Shown here: positions 1-9,743 of the stretch, in pieces | Position numbering within the stretch: position 1 is the first letter of the stretch | Layout: each line of letters starts with the position of its first letter | Assembly (NCBI GenBank): GCA_051955075.1 | Contig: JBQCHB010000079.1 | Location: 1-45,723 of the forward strand | Length of the DNA stretch: 45,723 nt | DNA from: Flavisolibacter sp. | GTDB taxonomy: Bacteria > Bacteroidota > Bacteroidia > Chitinophagales > Chitinophagaceae | Direction of reading: 5' to 3' | Position numbers and translations under genes: made by a program | The notes under the pieces: model-generated | Database searches by the model: none | Told to the model about the DNA's origin: nothing | The model's input: only the letters and a program-made list of their open reading frames with translations

Positions 1-222
1 GTATTTACGCCACTCAAGTACTATATTCCCGGTTACGGAAGTGCAGGCATTGGCCGCGAATACCGGCAAATGAAGTATATGACGGATTCACTGGAAAAGC
101 AGGTAACGTATCAAAGCCAGTATATTGACGGGCTAAAAAAAGTTTTGAATGGCGGTAATGCCGATCTTAAACTCGATACAACACAATTGCAGGCTCCAAA
201 AGAGGAAATATCAAACGATTGA
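1..222 (+). CDS. 3' part of a protein resembling the N-terminal region of Bacteroidota M23-family proteins (no catalytic domain before the stop); partial at window edge
   Basis: Frame 1 is open from base 1 to TGA at 220-222 (VFTPLKYYIPGYG...KEEISND). The FTPLxxYIPGY motif and the position upstream of bactofilin match the recalled M23-bactofilin pair. Confidence 0.6.
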   Translation, partial: VFTPLKYYIPGYGSAGIGREYRQMKYMTDSLEKQVTYQSQYIDGLKKVLNGGNADLKLDTTQLQAPKEEISND

Positions 223-251
223 TTATTTTTATCTCATAAAAACCCAATCCT

Positions 252-671
252 ATGTTCAACAAAGACAAAACTTTCAGCATTTCAGAAAAGTTAGGCAACA
301 GCGCCACCCTCATTAGCGAAGGCACCGTTTTGCAAGGTGATGTAAACAGTGAGAATGATCTGCGAATTGATGGCACTATCCAGGGAAACGTTAATAGCTC
401 CGCCAAAGTAGTAATCGGCCCAAGCGGAAGAGTAGAAGGTAACATTTATGGTAAGCAGGCCGATGTTACAGGTAAAGTTATTGGCAATATTGCCGTGCAG
501 GAAATTTTGCAGCTCAGAGGTGAAAGCAATGTACAGGGAAACATTAGCGCCGCTACTTTGCAAATTGATCCTACAGCTGTTTTTAATGGCCAGTGCCAGA
601 TGGGCGGCCCTATTGCGGGCAGCGTAGTTTTAATGGATACAATGGATGAACCAACAGCCAAAGCCAAATAG
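252..671 (+). CDS. Bactofilin (polymer-forming cytoskeletal protein)
   Basis: Beta-helix repeats TLISEGTVLQGDV..LRIDGTIQGNV..VIGPSGRVEGNI..V.GKVIGNI. Confidence 0.92.
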   Translation: MFNKDKTFSISEKLGNSATLISEGTVLQGDVNSENDLRIDGTIQGNVNSSAKVVIGPSGRVEGNIYGKQADVTGKVIGNIAVQEILQLRGESNVQGNISAATLQIDPTAVFNGQCQMGGPIAGSVVLMDTMDEPTAKAK

Positions 672-894
672 AAATAATACTGACCTCCTGCGCTATGCAG
701 GTTGGGGAACACAATTGTTTGTAGCCCTTGCTTTATTTGTATTCGTTGGTAATAAAATAGATAAATGGCTGCATTTTTCCACGCCTTTGCTGGTGTGGAT
801 ACTGCCTTTTGTTGTGTTGATCGTGATGATCTATCAACTGGTAAAAGAAACTTCAAAAAAGAAAGAAGAAGATAATGGTCAAAAGAAAATTTAA
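646..894 (+). CDS. AtpZ/AtpI-family small membrane protein
   Basis: 82 aa, two TM segments, LRYAGWG.QL...G.KIDKWL pattern. Confidence 0.8.
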   Translation: MNQQPKPNRNNTDLLRYAGWGTQLFVALALFVFVGNKIDKWLHFSTPLLVWILPFVVLIVMIYQLVKETSKKKEEDNGQKKI

Positions 895-1276
895 GTCGTT
901 CATGCCAGTAGTGTTTTTTTTTATTGTGCTGAACGCATTTTTTATTTCAGGTAAAAATATGCTGGCAAGATGGGGCGTTGACCAGGACGTTATGATCATT
1001 GGAAACTTGTTATTGTTCATCATTACGCTGCTCTCATTTTTGTTAGCGCAAAAAGGATTGAAAAATCCCAACCCCCATGCTTTTGTGCGGTCGGTTTATT
1101 CCAGCATGATGATCAAATTGTTTATATGCATTATTGCAGCCTTTATTTATATCTCGATGTATAGAGATAATTTAAACAAAGCCGCTTTGTTTACCTGCAT
1201 GGGTTTATATCTCGTTTATACATTTATGGAAGTTTCTATTTTGATGAAGTTGCTGAAGGAAAAAACAAATGAGTAG
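875..1276 (+). CDS. Four-TM membrane protein (ATP synthase protein I-like)
   Basis: Four hydrophobic segments with NPHAFVRSVYSSMMIKLF; overlaps the AtpZ-like gene. Confidence 0.65.
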   Translation: MVKRKFKSFMPVVFFFIVLNAFFISGKNMLARWGVDQDVMIIGNLLLFIITLLSFLLAQKGLKNPNPHAFVRSVYSSMMIKLFICIIAAFIYISMYRDNLNKAALFTCMGLYLVYTFMEVSILMKLLKEKTNE

Positions 1277-1892
1277 GAAAGAGGCGCCCATTTCGGCCCT
1301 GCAACATTATTTACCGCCCAATACTTTACAGCCGGTTTTGGCTTACCTGCAATTTTACCACGTGCATTTAACAGTGGCCCGTGAACGAAAAAGCATTTTA
1401 GGCGACTACCGCCACCGGACGCATGCAAAGAACCACCGCATCAGCGTTAACGGTAATTTGAATCAGTATGCTTTTTTAATTACGCTGCTGCACGAACTGG
1501 CGCATTTGCTGACGTTTGAAAAATTCGGCAATAGAGTTGCTTCTCACGGAAAAGAATGGAAATTTATTTTTGGCCAGTTGCTGGCGCAGTTTATAGAGCA
1601 CAATGTCTTTCCTGTTGACATAAAAGATGCTTTGCTGCAATCGTTACATAATCCTGCTGCTTCAAGCTGCGCCGATGAACTGCTTTTAAAAACACTAAGA
1701 AACCACGATGAAAAACAAACCAATTTAGTGTTTTTAGAAGACATTCCCGAAGATTCATTATTCAAAACCCACGACGGAAAAATTTTCAGAAAAGGGGAGA
1801 AGGTGCGGAAGCGATTTAAATGTGTAGAGGTAAAAACAAATCGTTTGTATTTGTTCAGCCCCGTGTACGAGGCGGAGGTAATTGGTTTATAG
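1269..1892 (+). CDS. SprT-like zinc metalloprotease domain protein
   Basis: HELAH zinc motif, R.S.LGDYR and HGKEWK motifs. Confidence 0.88.
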   Translation: MSRKEAPISALQHYLPPNTLQPVLAYLQFYHVHLTVARERKSILGDYRHRTHAKNHRISVNGNLNQYAFLITLLHELAHLLTFEKFGNRVASHGKEWKFIFGQLLAQFIEHNVFPVDIKDALLQSLHNPAASSCADELLLKTLRNHDEKQTNLVFLEDIPEDSLFKTHDGKIFRKGEKVRKRFKCVEVKTNRLYLFSPVYEAEVIGL

Positions 1893-1897
1893 AGTAT

Positions 1898-1983
1898 GGT
1901 TCATAGTTCATAGCTCATGGAACATTCTTAAGATACACGCAGCTTGGGACCGACAATGAACCATGAACAAACAACCATGAACC
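1898..1983. repeat. Inverted array of degenerate heptamer repeats between convergent genes
   Basis: gttcata-gttcata-gctcatg on the left and atgaacc-atgaaca-aacaacc-atgaacc on the right are complementary. Confidence 0.7.
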
Positions 1984-2498
1984 TACATTCTCTTCAACAT
2001 CCATAAATCACATCCAAAATGCCCTGTATTTCCTATTGGCTGGTTGATGTATTCGAATCCAAATTTCTCATAAGCTTTCAATGCCTGTTTTAATTCGGGC
2101 ATGGTTTCTAAGTACACGTTTTTATACCCAGCCTCTTTTGCAAAGTCAAGTGCTTTTTGTATCAGTAGTTTGCCAAGACCAATCCCTCTTGCATTTTTCA
2201 ATAAATACATTTTTACCAACTCGCAGGTATCATTTGGTAAACCCGGAGAAGGGAAAATGCCGCCGCCGCCAACAAGTTCGTTATTGTATTCAGCAACATA
2301 ATAGATTGAGCCGGGTGTTTGTGAAAACAATTGGTATAAAGCATCTGTAGTGTCATCGTAATAAACAGTGCCGGGATGATTGGCGCCAAATTCTTTCAAC
2401 GTGGTGCGAATGATGCGGGCTAAGGCAGCATTGTCCTTCTCTTCAAGGGTTCTAATCGTAAATGAACCCGGCGTCACCATTTCATTACTGTTTTGCAT
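1983..2498 (-). CDS. GNAT family N-acetyltransferase (YjgM-like)
   Basis: CELVKMYL...ARGIGLGK acetyl-CoA motif and YLETMPELKQA..YEKFGF; ATG at 2498 preferred over TTG at 2519. Confidence 0.9.
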   Translation of the reverse strand: MQNSNEMVTPGSFTIRTLEEKDNAALARIIRTTLKEFGANHPGTVYYDDTTDALYQLFSQTPGSIYYVAEYNNELVGGGGIFPSPGLPNDTCELVKMYLLKNARGIGLGKLLIQKALDFAKEAGYKNVYLETMPELKQALKAYEKFGFEYINQPIGNTGHFGCDLWMLKRM

Positions 2499-2770
2499 AC
2501 AGTGTAATTGAGCTGTCAAAATAAGTGATAATTAGTAGTGGGGATTAAAATTATTTGGTACAGCATAAACATGTTGTGTCAAATTGTTTGTAGGTCAAAA
2601 GAAATGCCTGACTTTTATAAGGTACTCAATGAAAAACCAACAGTAAATCCAATTGTCCTAAAAAGCAGTTGATCTAAACTAAGGCGCGACCTGTGATTAG
2701 TTCAACCTGTAGAAAAGCCCAGGCGTCTGTCCCTTTGAATACAAGTCACTTCTATTCGCCTGAATTTATT

Positions 2771-2800
2771 GATCCCTTCGCCTGGCGGAGGGATTTTTTT
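2771..2800 (+). terminator. Intrinsic terminator in the region upstream of the beta-barrel gene
   Basis: ATCCCTTCGCC-T-GGCGGAGGGAT hairpin followed by a T-run. Confidence 0.7.
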
Positions 2801-3034
2801 CGTAACGATTGTAATTGCTTACACAAAACCAAAGAAGGGTATTAAAAGCATAAGAACGATTACGATCTCTTTTAGAAGACTTCGTGAAATTAGTTTTCAA
2901 TTGTTGAAGGTAACTTTTGTTGACAAACATCTCATGTCCTGTTCTTATTTCGAAGGTCAATCGTTTGCGCAACCTGTGTTTCAAAAACTATAAAACCATA
3001 ACTTAGTTGCTTAACCAGGAAACCAAAACTATCA

Positions 3035-5878
3035 GTGGAAAAAAGTTTGAATTGCTGCTTAAAGCTCTTTTTGATCGCCTTTATTTTTTTTAGTTCACAT
3101 CCAACAATTGCCCAGGTAAAAGATTCCATTAATATTGGCCGTGCAAAAGGTATTGTGCAAGATTCGGCCTATAATTTTGTATTAAGCAGTGCCACTGTTG
3201 CAGTTTATAAAGACAGTGACAGCAGCCTGGTAGGGTACAGTCTTCCTAATAATTTTGGTGAGTTCACTGTAAATACCTTACCTGTAGAAACAAAGCTACG
3301 CCTGATTATTACGCATGTGGGTTACAAAGCCTTTTTTAAAAGGTTCACTATTGCAAAAACCGACTCGCTTTACAATTTTGATAAAATAAATATGCTGCGC
3401 AGGGCCGATGATGACACGTTGAGCGAAGTGATGGTAACAGCAGCAGCACCTATGCGCATCAATGGTGATACACTGGAGTTTAATGCCGGTGCTTTTAAGT
3501 TGGATAAAAATGCTACTACAGAAGACCTGTTACGAAAACTTCCTGGCTTTACTATTTGGGGCGATGGCGATATAACATTTAATGGCAGAAAAATTAATTC
3601 ATTGCTGGTAGAAGGCAAGCCTTTTATGGGTGGTGATTTTTCTGCTACTACGCAAAATCTTCCGAAAGATGCGATTAAAAAAGTACAGGTGTACCAACAG
3701 ATAAATGCAGATAACCCGCTTGATTCCACTACGAACGTAAACCTGAAATTGAAAGACGATAAAAAAATGGGCTACTTCGGAAAGGTATCGGGTGGCTATG
3801 GCAGCAACGACCGTTATGCTGCTGATGCCATGATAAGCGGCTTTAATAAAAAGCAACAACTAAACATAGTCGGCGCCATTAACAATATTAATAAAGTGGC
3901 GGGCAATGCAAACAGCCTTATAAAAAGCAGTTCTTACAAAGGCGAAGGTACCAGCATAGATTATCAGCCTAACTTCAGATCAAACGGATTGAACCGACCT
4001 ATATCTGCAGGGCTTACGTATCAATATGATTTTGTACCTAATCCCCAGTTTCGAAATACCCAACGCTTTAATGCAGACTATTTTATAAACAGGAACAATA
4101 CGGAGATTCAACGCAGTACAGCTACACAATCTTTTTTGCAAAAAGATAGCATACTGACACAACTTGCCAACAGTAACAATATTAATACCAACACTTTGCA
4201 ACGGCTAAATGCAAGGTTTCAAAAAAACACGGAGAAAACTGATTTTGATGTTAGCGGCTCTCTATCTCTCAGCAATAATCAATCGTTTAGCGAAACTACA
4301 TCGCAACAAGAAAGAACCGGTTATGGTGTTATCAGCACCAATGAATCTAGAAACGAAGGCAACAGCCGGTCAAATAATTATGGCTTAAATCTTTCATTAC
4401 GAAAAAGGGAAGTAGATGGCAACCGTATAAGAAAAAGGACATTTAATGTGTGGTATAGCGTCAATTTTATTGACAACAAAGGAAGCAGCAATAAAACTAC
4501 AAAATTCAGATCATTGGTTGATCCTGTTAAAAACATGGATTATAACCGCTTTTATCAAAACCAGGACAGGTTTTCAATAAACAATAATCTTACTTTAGAA
4601 TATCCTGATTTGAAAAGCCTGATTTTTGGAAAAAAACGTTTTGGAGATATAAACATTAGTTTCAAAAATGAAGTTTCGTTACAGGATAATGATTACAATG
4701 ATAAAGTGTTGGATTATGATACAGCCTCGAAACAACAAACATTTAATCATTATCTTACCAATGATCGTGATTTAAATACTCTCGACATAAAGCCTTCTTT
4801 GAATTTTACTAAAACCTTTTGGAGGCACCTTAGCAACCGTTATGGGAAATATGTATCCATCAACGCAAGTGCAAGGGAAGCGTATTACACTATGAAGCAT
4901 CGTTCTACGCAAAGCTTTCAAAACTTTGACCGTTCTTATAAAAACTTTATTCCCAGCGCATCTGTAAATTTCAACAACAACCAATATGGAAGGTTTAATA
5001 TCAATCATTCTCTCACCTATTCTACCAACGTTAATTATCCGCAGGTAAATCACATTGCGCCGCTCGTTGACAGCTCCAATGTGTTGTATATTCCCAAAGG
5101 CAATCCAAACATACTTCCTGAATATGCACAAAGGCTGTCTTATAATTTTAGTTTTAATAGTCAGCAACAAAAAAATCCGGCCATAATAAACTTTTCCATC
5201 AATGTTGGAAAAACAGATGATAAAATTGCCGACAGCAGCTTTTACGATGGGTTGGGAAGGCACATAGCCTATTCCATAAATGTAGACGGATTCCGCTTTA
5301 TAGGCATTGACCTTAATTATAGAAAATCACTGGAGATAAACAAGAAAAATAATATTCAGGTGGAATTGAATAATAGTTATAACGGCAGCAGGACGCCAAA
5401 CTATGTAAACAATATCCTGAACGTATCGGGCAACCGTTCGTTTAGTAGTAAACTGGGCCTCGACTATAGCTATAGAGATGTTTTTTTGCTTAGCCTCGAT
5501 GAACAATTAAATCTTAGCCGTTCAGCGCAAAAAGGTTTTAATAACAGCATGTTTAACAGCAAAACCTGGAGCACAGGCATTAGCGGAGCTTTGCAATTAC
5601 CAAAAAACATTACATGGAGCAGTAATGTTAGTTATAACCGCAGTTCGTTAAATGAACAGGCCCCAGTAAAATTTACACTTTGGAATGCCAATCTTAGCTA
5701 TCGTTTTTTAAAAGGCAATCGCGGCGAGGTGAAATTTTCGGCGCTTGACCTGTTGCATCAAAACAAGAGCATTATAAATATTGCCAGCGGCAACAGCCAA
5801 ACCTTTGGTTATGTAAATGTGTTGCAGCAATATTACATGCTTACACTTTCCTATTTTCCACGAAAATTCGGTAGATAA
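3035..5878 (+). CDS. Outer-membrane beta-barrel protein (TonB-dependent-receptor-like, N-terminal carboxypeptidase-regulatory-like domain)
   Basis: Signal peptide, GDTLEFNA..F...EDLLRKLPG plug-like motif, GNP.ILPEY motif, terminal YYMLTLSYF beta-strand; GTG start. Confidence 0.85.
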   Translation: MEKSLNCCLKLFLIAFIFFSSHPTIAQVKDSINIGRAKGIVQDSAYNFVLSSATVAVYKDSDSSLVGYSLPNNFGEFTVNTLPVETKLRLIITHVGYKAFFKRFTIAKTDSLYNFDKINMLRRADDDTLSEVMVTAAAPMRINGDTLEFNAGAFKLDKNATTEDLLRKLPGFTIWGDGDITFNGRKINSLLVEGKPFMGGDFSATTQNLPKDAIKKVQVYQQINADNPLDSTTNVNLKLKDDKKMGYFGKVSGGYGSNDRYAADAMISGFNKKQQLNIVGAINNINKVAGNANSLIKSSSYKGEGTSIDYQPNFRSNGLNRPISAGLTYQYDFVPNPQFRNTQRFNADYFINRNNTEIQRSTATQSFLQKDSILTQLANSNNINTNTLQRLNARFQKNTEKTDFDVSGSLSLSNNQSFSETTSQQERTGYGVISTNESRNEGNSRSNNYGLNLSLRKREVDGNRIRKRTFNVWYSVNFIDNKGSSNKTTKFRSLVDPVKNMDYNRFYQNQDRFSINNNLTLEYPDLKSLIFGKKRFGDINISFKNEVSLQDNDYNDKVLDYDTASKQQTFNHYLTNDRDLNTLDIKPSLNFTKTFWRHLSNRYGKYVSINASAREAYYTMKHRSTQSFQNFDRSYKNFIPSASVNFNNNQYGRFNINHSLTYSTNVNYPQVNHIAPLVDSSNVLYIPKGNPNILPEYAQRLSYNFSFNSQQQKNPAIINFSINVGKTDDKIADSSFYDGLGRHIAYSINVDGFRFIGIDLNYRKSLEINKKNNIQVELNNSYNGSRTPNYVNNILNVSGNRSFSSKLGLDYSYRDVFLLSLDEQLNLSRSAQKGFNNSMFNSKTWSTGISGALQLPKNITWSSNVSYNRSSLNEQAPVKFTLWNANLSYRFLKGNRGEVKFSALDLLHQNKSIINIASGNSQTFGYVNVLQQYYMLTLSYFPRKFGR

Positions 5879-5888
5879 ATACATAGTC

Positions 5889-7124
5889 ATGAAGAGGCAT
5901 TTAACCTGTTGTTTATTTTGTTTCATTATGTTAGCCTGGCAGAATATTTCAGCACAAGAAGTTGAAAAATTACGCATTGACCCTTCCCAGGCTTATGGTG
6001 GTAAAGTGTCGGAATATTTTGAGCAGCTAAATTATATACCGCTTGAAACAACTAAGGAAAGTCTTTTCGGAGACATAGGCCAGCTGGAGATAACCGACAG
6101 CAGCTTTGTAATAAGTGACTATGATACCCGGAGCGTTCTTTTTTTTACGCCGAAGGGCAGGTATATTACCAAAATAAAATTTAAAGAAAATGCCTACCCG
6201 TCTTTGTCGTATGAAAAAACAAATAACCGCATAGCCTTATCTGTTTATGATGCGGTGCAGAAAAAATCTACTACAAAATATTATAGCGTAACAGGTAAGG
6301 AGCTAACAGGAAAAGGTAGCATAGCATCTCAAATACGCACCGATTTAATTTCATTAGGCAATGGTTTTGCGGCTGGAGCTGGATCTAATTATTTTGCACC
6401 GGGCATGAAGCCGGTCGATAGCATTAGTTATCTGCTAAAAATTTATAAAAACGATTCTGTTTATAAGTCATTTTTCCCTTACAATCAAATAGAGAAACCT
6501 GCGGCTTGTGCTTTTGCATGGATGTCTGTCACTCCCTCTCTGCAAGAAGGTGTTGTATATGTATCGCCCCCCTTGGATGGAGGCATATACAAGGTTACAA
6601 GAGATACGGCCATCAAAATTTACCAGATGGTTTTCCCTATGAACCGAAGCATACCCAAACATATTGCTGAAACGAAAGACATAAAATTAATAGACAGTTT
6701 GCGCAATGCCAACTGGCCAGGTGCCGGCATTATTACGGGCATCAGCCATATCTTTTTGCATAAGGATCTTTTATTTTTCAAAACAGATGTCAGGGTTATC
6801 TCATGGGGGCGGGGTTCGGAAGTTACAAACCAGTACAATTTCATTTACAATACTAAAACGGGAAGGCTGGTATCTATAGAACGCATGATTCCGGATGAAC
6901 AAAACGGTTTCCTTCCCTTTACGAGCCAGCGAATTAACTGGAGCGGATTGAAACAGTATGAAGGCTTTTTTTATACCCATATATCCTCTTTGGAACTCAT
7001 CAAAGCCAAAGAAACCAATGCTGACAAAAAACCCATATACCCGGCTGTAATGAAACATTTTTTTGAAACAGAAAGTACTAAAGCCAACCCGGTAATTGTG
7101 CAACTGAAGCTAAAAGAAAATTAG
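5889..7124 (+). CDS. Secreted 6-bladed beta-propeller (TolB-like) protein
   Basis: Signal peptide from ATG 5889, YIPLETTKESLFGDI N-terminal motif and C-terminal NPVIV, typical of Bacteroidota 6-bladed propellers. Confidence 0.75.
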   Translation: MKRHLTCCLFCFIMLAWQNISAQEVEKLRIDPSQAYGGKVSEYFEQLNYIPLETTKESLFGDIGQLEITDSSFVISDYDTRSVLFFTPKGRYITKIKFKENAYPSLSYEKTNNRIALSVYDAVQKKSTTKYYSVTGKELTGKGSIASQIRTDLISLGNGFAAGAGSNYFAPGMKPVDSISYLLKIYKNDSVYKSFFPYNQIEKPAACAFAWMSVTPSLQEGVVYVSPPLDGGIYKVTRDTAIKIYQMVFPMNRSIPKHIAETKDIKLIDSLRNANWPGAGIITGISHIFLHKDLLFFKTDVRVISWGRGSEVTNQYNFIYNTKTGRLVSIERMIPDEQNGFLPFTSQRINWSGLKQYEGFFYTHISSLELIKAKETNADKKPIYPAVMKHFFETESTKANPVIVQLKLKEN

Positions 7125-7169
7125 AAGTTCAATTCTGTGAAGAACCGGTTTTGGTAATGCTGAATAGAT

Positions 7170-7235
7170 TTGTTGTAGTACAAGTGTGCGACGCAAGGAA
7201 CGCTCAATAGTAATTAAATAGCCGGCACAAAAAAT
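7170..7235 (+). ncRNA. Dispersed structured element, copy A (possibly Flavo-1-like RNA motif)
   Basis: GTACAAGTGTGCGACGCAAG-N8-AATAGTAATT..GCCGGC; matches the copies at 41480-41548 and 21440-21505. Confidence 0.55.
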
Positions 7236-7279
7236 ATATATCTACCACAGAGTTTAGTATCTTTTGAAAAAACTTAACC

Positions 7280-8224
7280 ATGAAGTATTTTTTGATCTGC
7301 ACTTTTCTTTTGGGTTTTCACTTTCTACAGGCGCAGGATTCTAAGGAGGAAAAAAATATTACTTATGCTACAAGCCTTAGCTGGGATGGAAAACAGCAAG
7401 ACCTTAAAATGGATATTACATATCCCCAATTAAATAAAAAACTTCCATTAGTTGTTTATATCCACGGTGGCGGATTTCAAAACGGCAATAAAGAAGGTGA
7501 TGCTTTTATGAGTCCGCTGCTTGCAAAAAACGGATTTGTAGTGGCCAATATAGATTACAGGTTAGGTTTTGATCCTTCAGACCAATTAGGTATTGCCAAA
7601 GCTTTTTACAGAGGAGCGCAGGACCTTGATGCAGCCCTGCGCTTTTTAGTTCACAATGCCGGTAAATATAATATAGACACAACTGCAATTTTCATTGGCG
7701 GCGGGAGTGCAGGCGGTGTGCTGGCGTTGGCTAATGCTTACGAAGAACAATCGGACTGGGATGCTATGTTTCCCATGCTTCACCAAGACTTAGGTGCAGT
7801 GACAGGCGGTGGAAATAACTTTACAAATCATTATTCCGTTCGTGGTGTTTACAGTTTGTGGGGCGGCATTGTAGATACAGCTTTAATATCGGCATCCGAA
7901 ATAAAGGCAGTGCCGGCATTGTTGATTCAAAGCCAGTCCGACGAAGTCATTCCTTATGAACATGCCAAAGGCGAAAGCTCCGAATTTAAAATGCTATATG
8001 GCTCTTATGATATTGCCCAGCGTTTTAAAACAAATGGTGGTTGTTACGATCTTTATTTTGTAAAAGATGCAAGGCACGGGCATGGCTTTTCGCAAGCCTA
8101 TGTAACTAATGCTATTACTTTATTTGTGAACGATGTTCTTGCAGGTAATTGTAAAAAAACTACAACGGAAAATATCAAGGCTGATAACAGTAAGTTCTTC
8201 GGAGACTATAAGTCTGAACCATGA
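7280..8224 (+). CDS. Secreted alpha/beta hydrolase (carboxylesterase, HSL-like)
   Basis: HGGGF oxyanion motif, GGSAGG nucleophile elbow, D..IP and late His; signal peptide. Confidence 0.88.
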   Translation: MKYFLICTFLLGFHFLQAQDSKEEKNITYATSLSWDGKQQDLKMDITYPQLNKKLPLVVYIHGGGFQNGNKEGDAFMSPLLAKNGFVVANIDYRLGFDPSDQLGIAKAFYRGAQDLDAALRFLVHNAGKYNIDTTAIFIGGGSAGGVLALANAYEEQSDWDAMFPMLHQDLGAVTGGGNNFTNHYSVRGVYSLWGGIVDTALISASEIKAVPALLIQSQSDEVIPYEHAKGESSEFKMLYGSYDIAQRFKTNGGCYDLYFVKDARHGHGFSQAYVTNAITLFVNDVLAGNCKKTTTENIKADNSKFFGDYKSEP

Positions 8225-8256
8225 TTGGTTAGATGAATAAGGTTTACAGGAAATAA

Positions 8257-8284
8257 AAGAGCCTTCAAGAAATTGAAGGCTCTT
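8257..8284. terminator. Bidirectional intrinsic terminator
   Basis: AAGAGCCTTCAA-GAAA-TTGAAGGCTCTT between convergent genes. Confidence 0.8.
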
Positions 8285-8347
8285 ACTTTATAGTAAGGTT
8301 GTAATCTATTCATTAATCTTACCAATACATCCAAACCAATGTCCAGA

Positions 8348-9559
8348 CTAAGCCACTGCCTTATTCACTAAATCTGCAGCTTCGCTTAACAATATGGCCG
8401 ATTGCACTTTCAGTCCGCTTTCATCAATCAGTTTCTTAGCTTCTTCTGCATTGGTGCCCTGCAGGCGAACAATGATCGGTATATTAATATTGCCCATGTT
8501 TTTGTAAGCGTCAATGACGCCTTGTGCTACACGGTCGCAGCGAACAATGCCGCCAAAAATATTGATCAAAATGGCTTTCACTTTGGGGTCTTTCATGATG
8601 ATGCGGAAACCGGCTTCCACCGTTTGCGCATTGGCCGTACCACCTACATCCAAAAAGTTGGCAGGCTCGCCACCGCTCAATTTAATCATGTCCATAGTGG
8701 CCATAGCCAGGCCGGCGCCATTTACCATGCAGCCTACGTTGCCGTCTAATTTTACGAAATTCAAATTGTATTTGCCGGCTTCTACTTCGGTAGGGTCTTC
8801 CTCGCTAATGTCACGCATGGCTGCCAAATCAGGATGGCGCATCAATGCATTATCATCCAAATTCATTTTACAATCCACAGCCACAATTTTATCGTCGGCT
8901 GCTTTAAACAAAGGATTGATCTCAAGCATACTGCAATCCAATCCTACGTAAGCATTATATAAATTGGTAACAAACTTTACCATGTTTTTGAAAGCATCGC
9001 CTTTTAAACCGAAGTTGAAAGCAATTTGCCTTGCCTGGTAGCCTTGCAAACCACCACCAGGGAATACCCATTCTTTAAAAATCTTCTCGGGGGTTTTATG
9101 CGCCACTTCTTCAATGTCCATACCGCCTTCGGTACTATACATAATTACATTCTGTCCTTTGGAGCGGTCTAATAATATAGACAGGTAAAATTCTTTCCTG
9201 TCGCTGGGGCCATCGTAGTACATATCCTGCGCAATCAAAATTTTGTTTACCACTTTACCGGCTTCACCAGTTTGAATGGTAACCAAAGTGCCCCCCAGCA
9301 TCTTTTGCGCCACTTCTGTCACTTCATCCAGCGACTTCACCACTTTTACACCGTTGATGCCTGTTTCGCGGATTTTTCCCTTGCCGCGGCCGCCGGCATG
9401 TATCTGCGCTTTTATTACTGCAAAGTTGCTTCCATATTGGGTCTTAATCTGGCGGTAGGCTTCTTCGGCATCGTGAGGTGTGCTTACAGCAATACCTTCC
9501 TGCACCGGAACGCCATATTTTTTCAAAAGTTCTTTCGCCTGGTATTCGTGCAAATTCAT
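8348..9559 (-). CDS. sucC: Succinyl-CoA synthetase beta subunit (ADP-forming)
   Basis: MNLHEYQAKELL, KAQIHAGGRGK, GCMVNGAGLAMATMD and NFLDVGG motifs. Confidence 0.98.
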   Translation of the reverse strand: MNLHEYQAKELLKKYGVPVQEGIAVSTPHDAEEAYRQIKTQYGSNFAVIKAQIHAGGRGKGKIRETGINGVKVVKSLDEVTEVAQKMLGGTLVTIQTGEAGKVVNKILIAQDMYYDGPSDRKEFYLSILLDRSKGQNVIMYSTEGGMDIEEVAHKTPEKIFKEWVFPGGGLQGYQARQIAFNFGLKGDAFKNMVKFVTNLYNAYVGLDCSMLEINPLFKAADDKIVAVDCKMNLDDNALMRHPDLAAMRDISEEDPTEVEAGKYNLNFVKLDGNVGCMVNGAGLAMATMDMIKLSGGEPANFLDVGGTANAQTVEAGFRIIMKDPKVKAILINIFGGIVRCDRVAQGVIDAYKNMGNINIPIIVRLQGTNAEEAKKLIDESGLKVQSAILLSEAADLVNKAVA

Positions 9560-9576
9560 GTATCAAAATTTTGCCG

Positions 9577-9584
9577 CAAAGATA
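9577..9584 (-). promoter_or_regulatory. Bacteroidota -7 promoter element for sucC
   Basis: TATCTTTG on the minus strand, 17 nt before the ATG. Confidence 0.6.
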
Positions 9585-9743
9585 GACAGGAGATGAATAT
9601 GTCGGGAGACGGAATTTGCGACAGGTTTGAAGGTTAAGATTTAGGCTGAGGAAAAGTTTTTTTTATGGCCTGCGGTTTACAATAGAATGTTCAACCAGTG
9701 ATCCTTAATATTCAATATTTAATTTAAGAAACCGATAGCAAAG

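Noticed and set aside
1893-1983. CRISPR array (also considered for the other short repeat arrays)
   Set aside because: Units are 7-8 bp with no spacers, and there are no cas genes in the window.
2560-2800. Known riboswitch (cobalamin, TPP, SAM) upstream of the beta-barrel gene
   Set aside because: No B12-box, TPP or SAM core consensus could be recognised by eye.
2766-2993. ORFs 2769..2993 (+) and 2766..2984 (-)
   Set aside because: Both run across a terminator hairpin, have weak starts and show no recognisable protein features.
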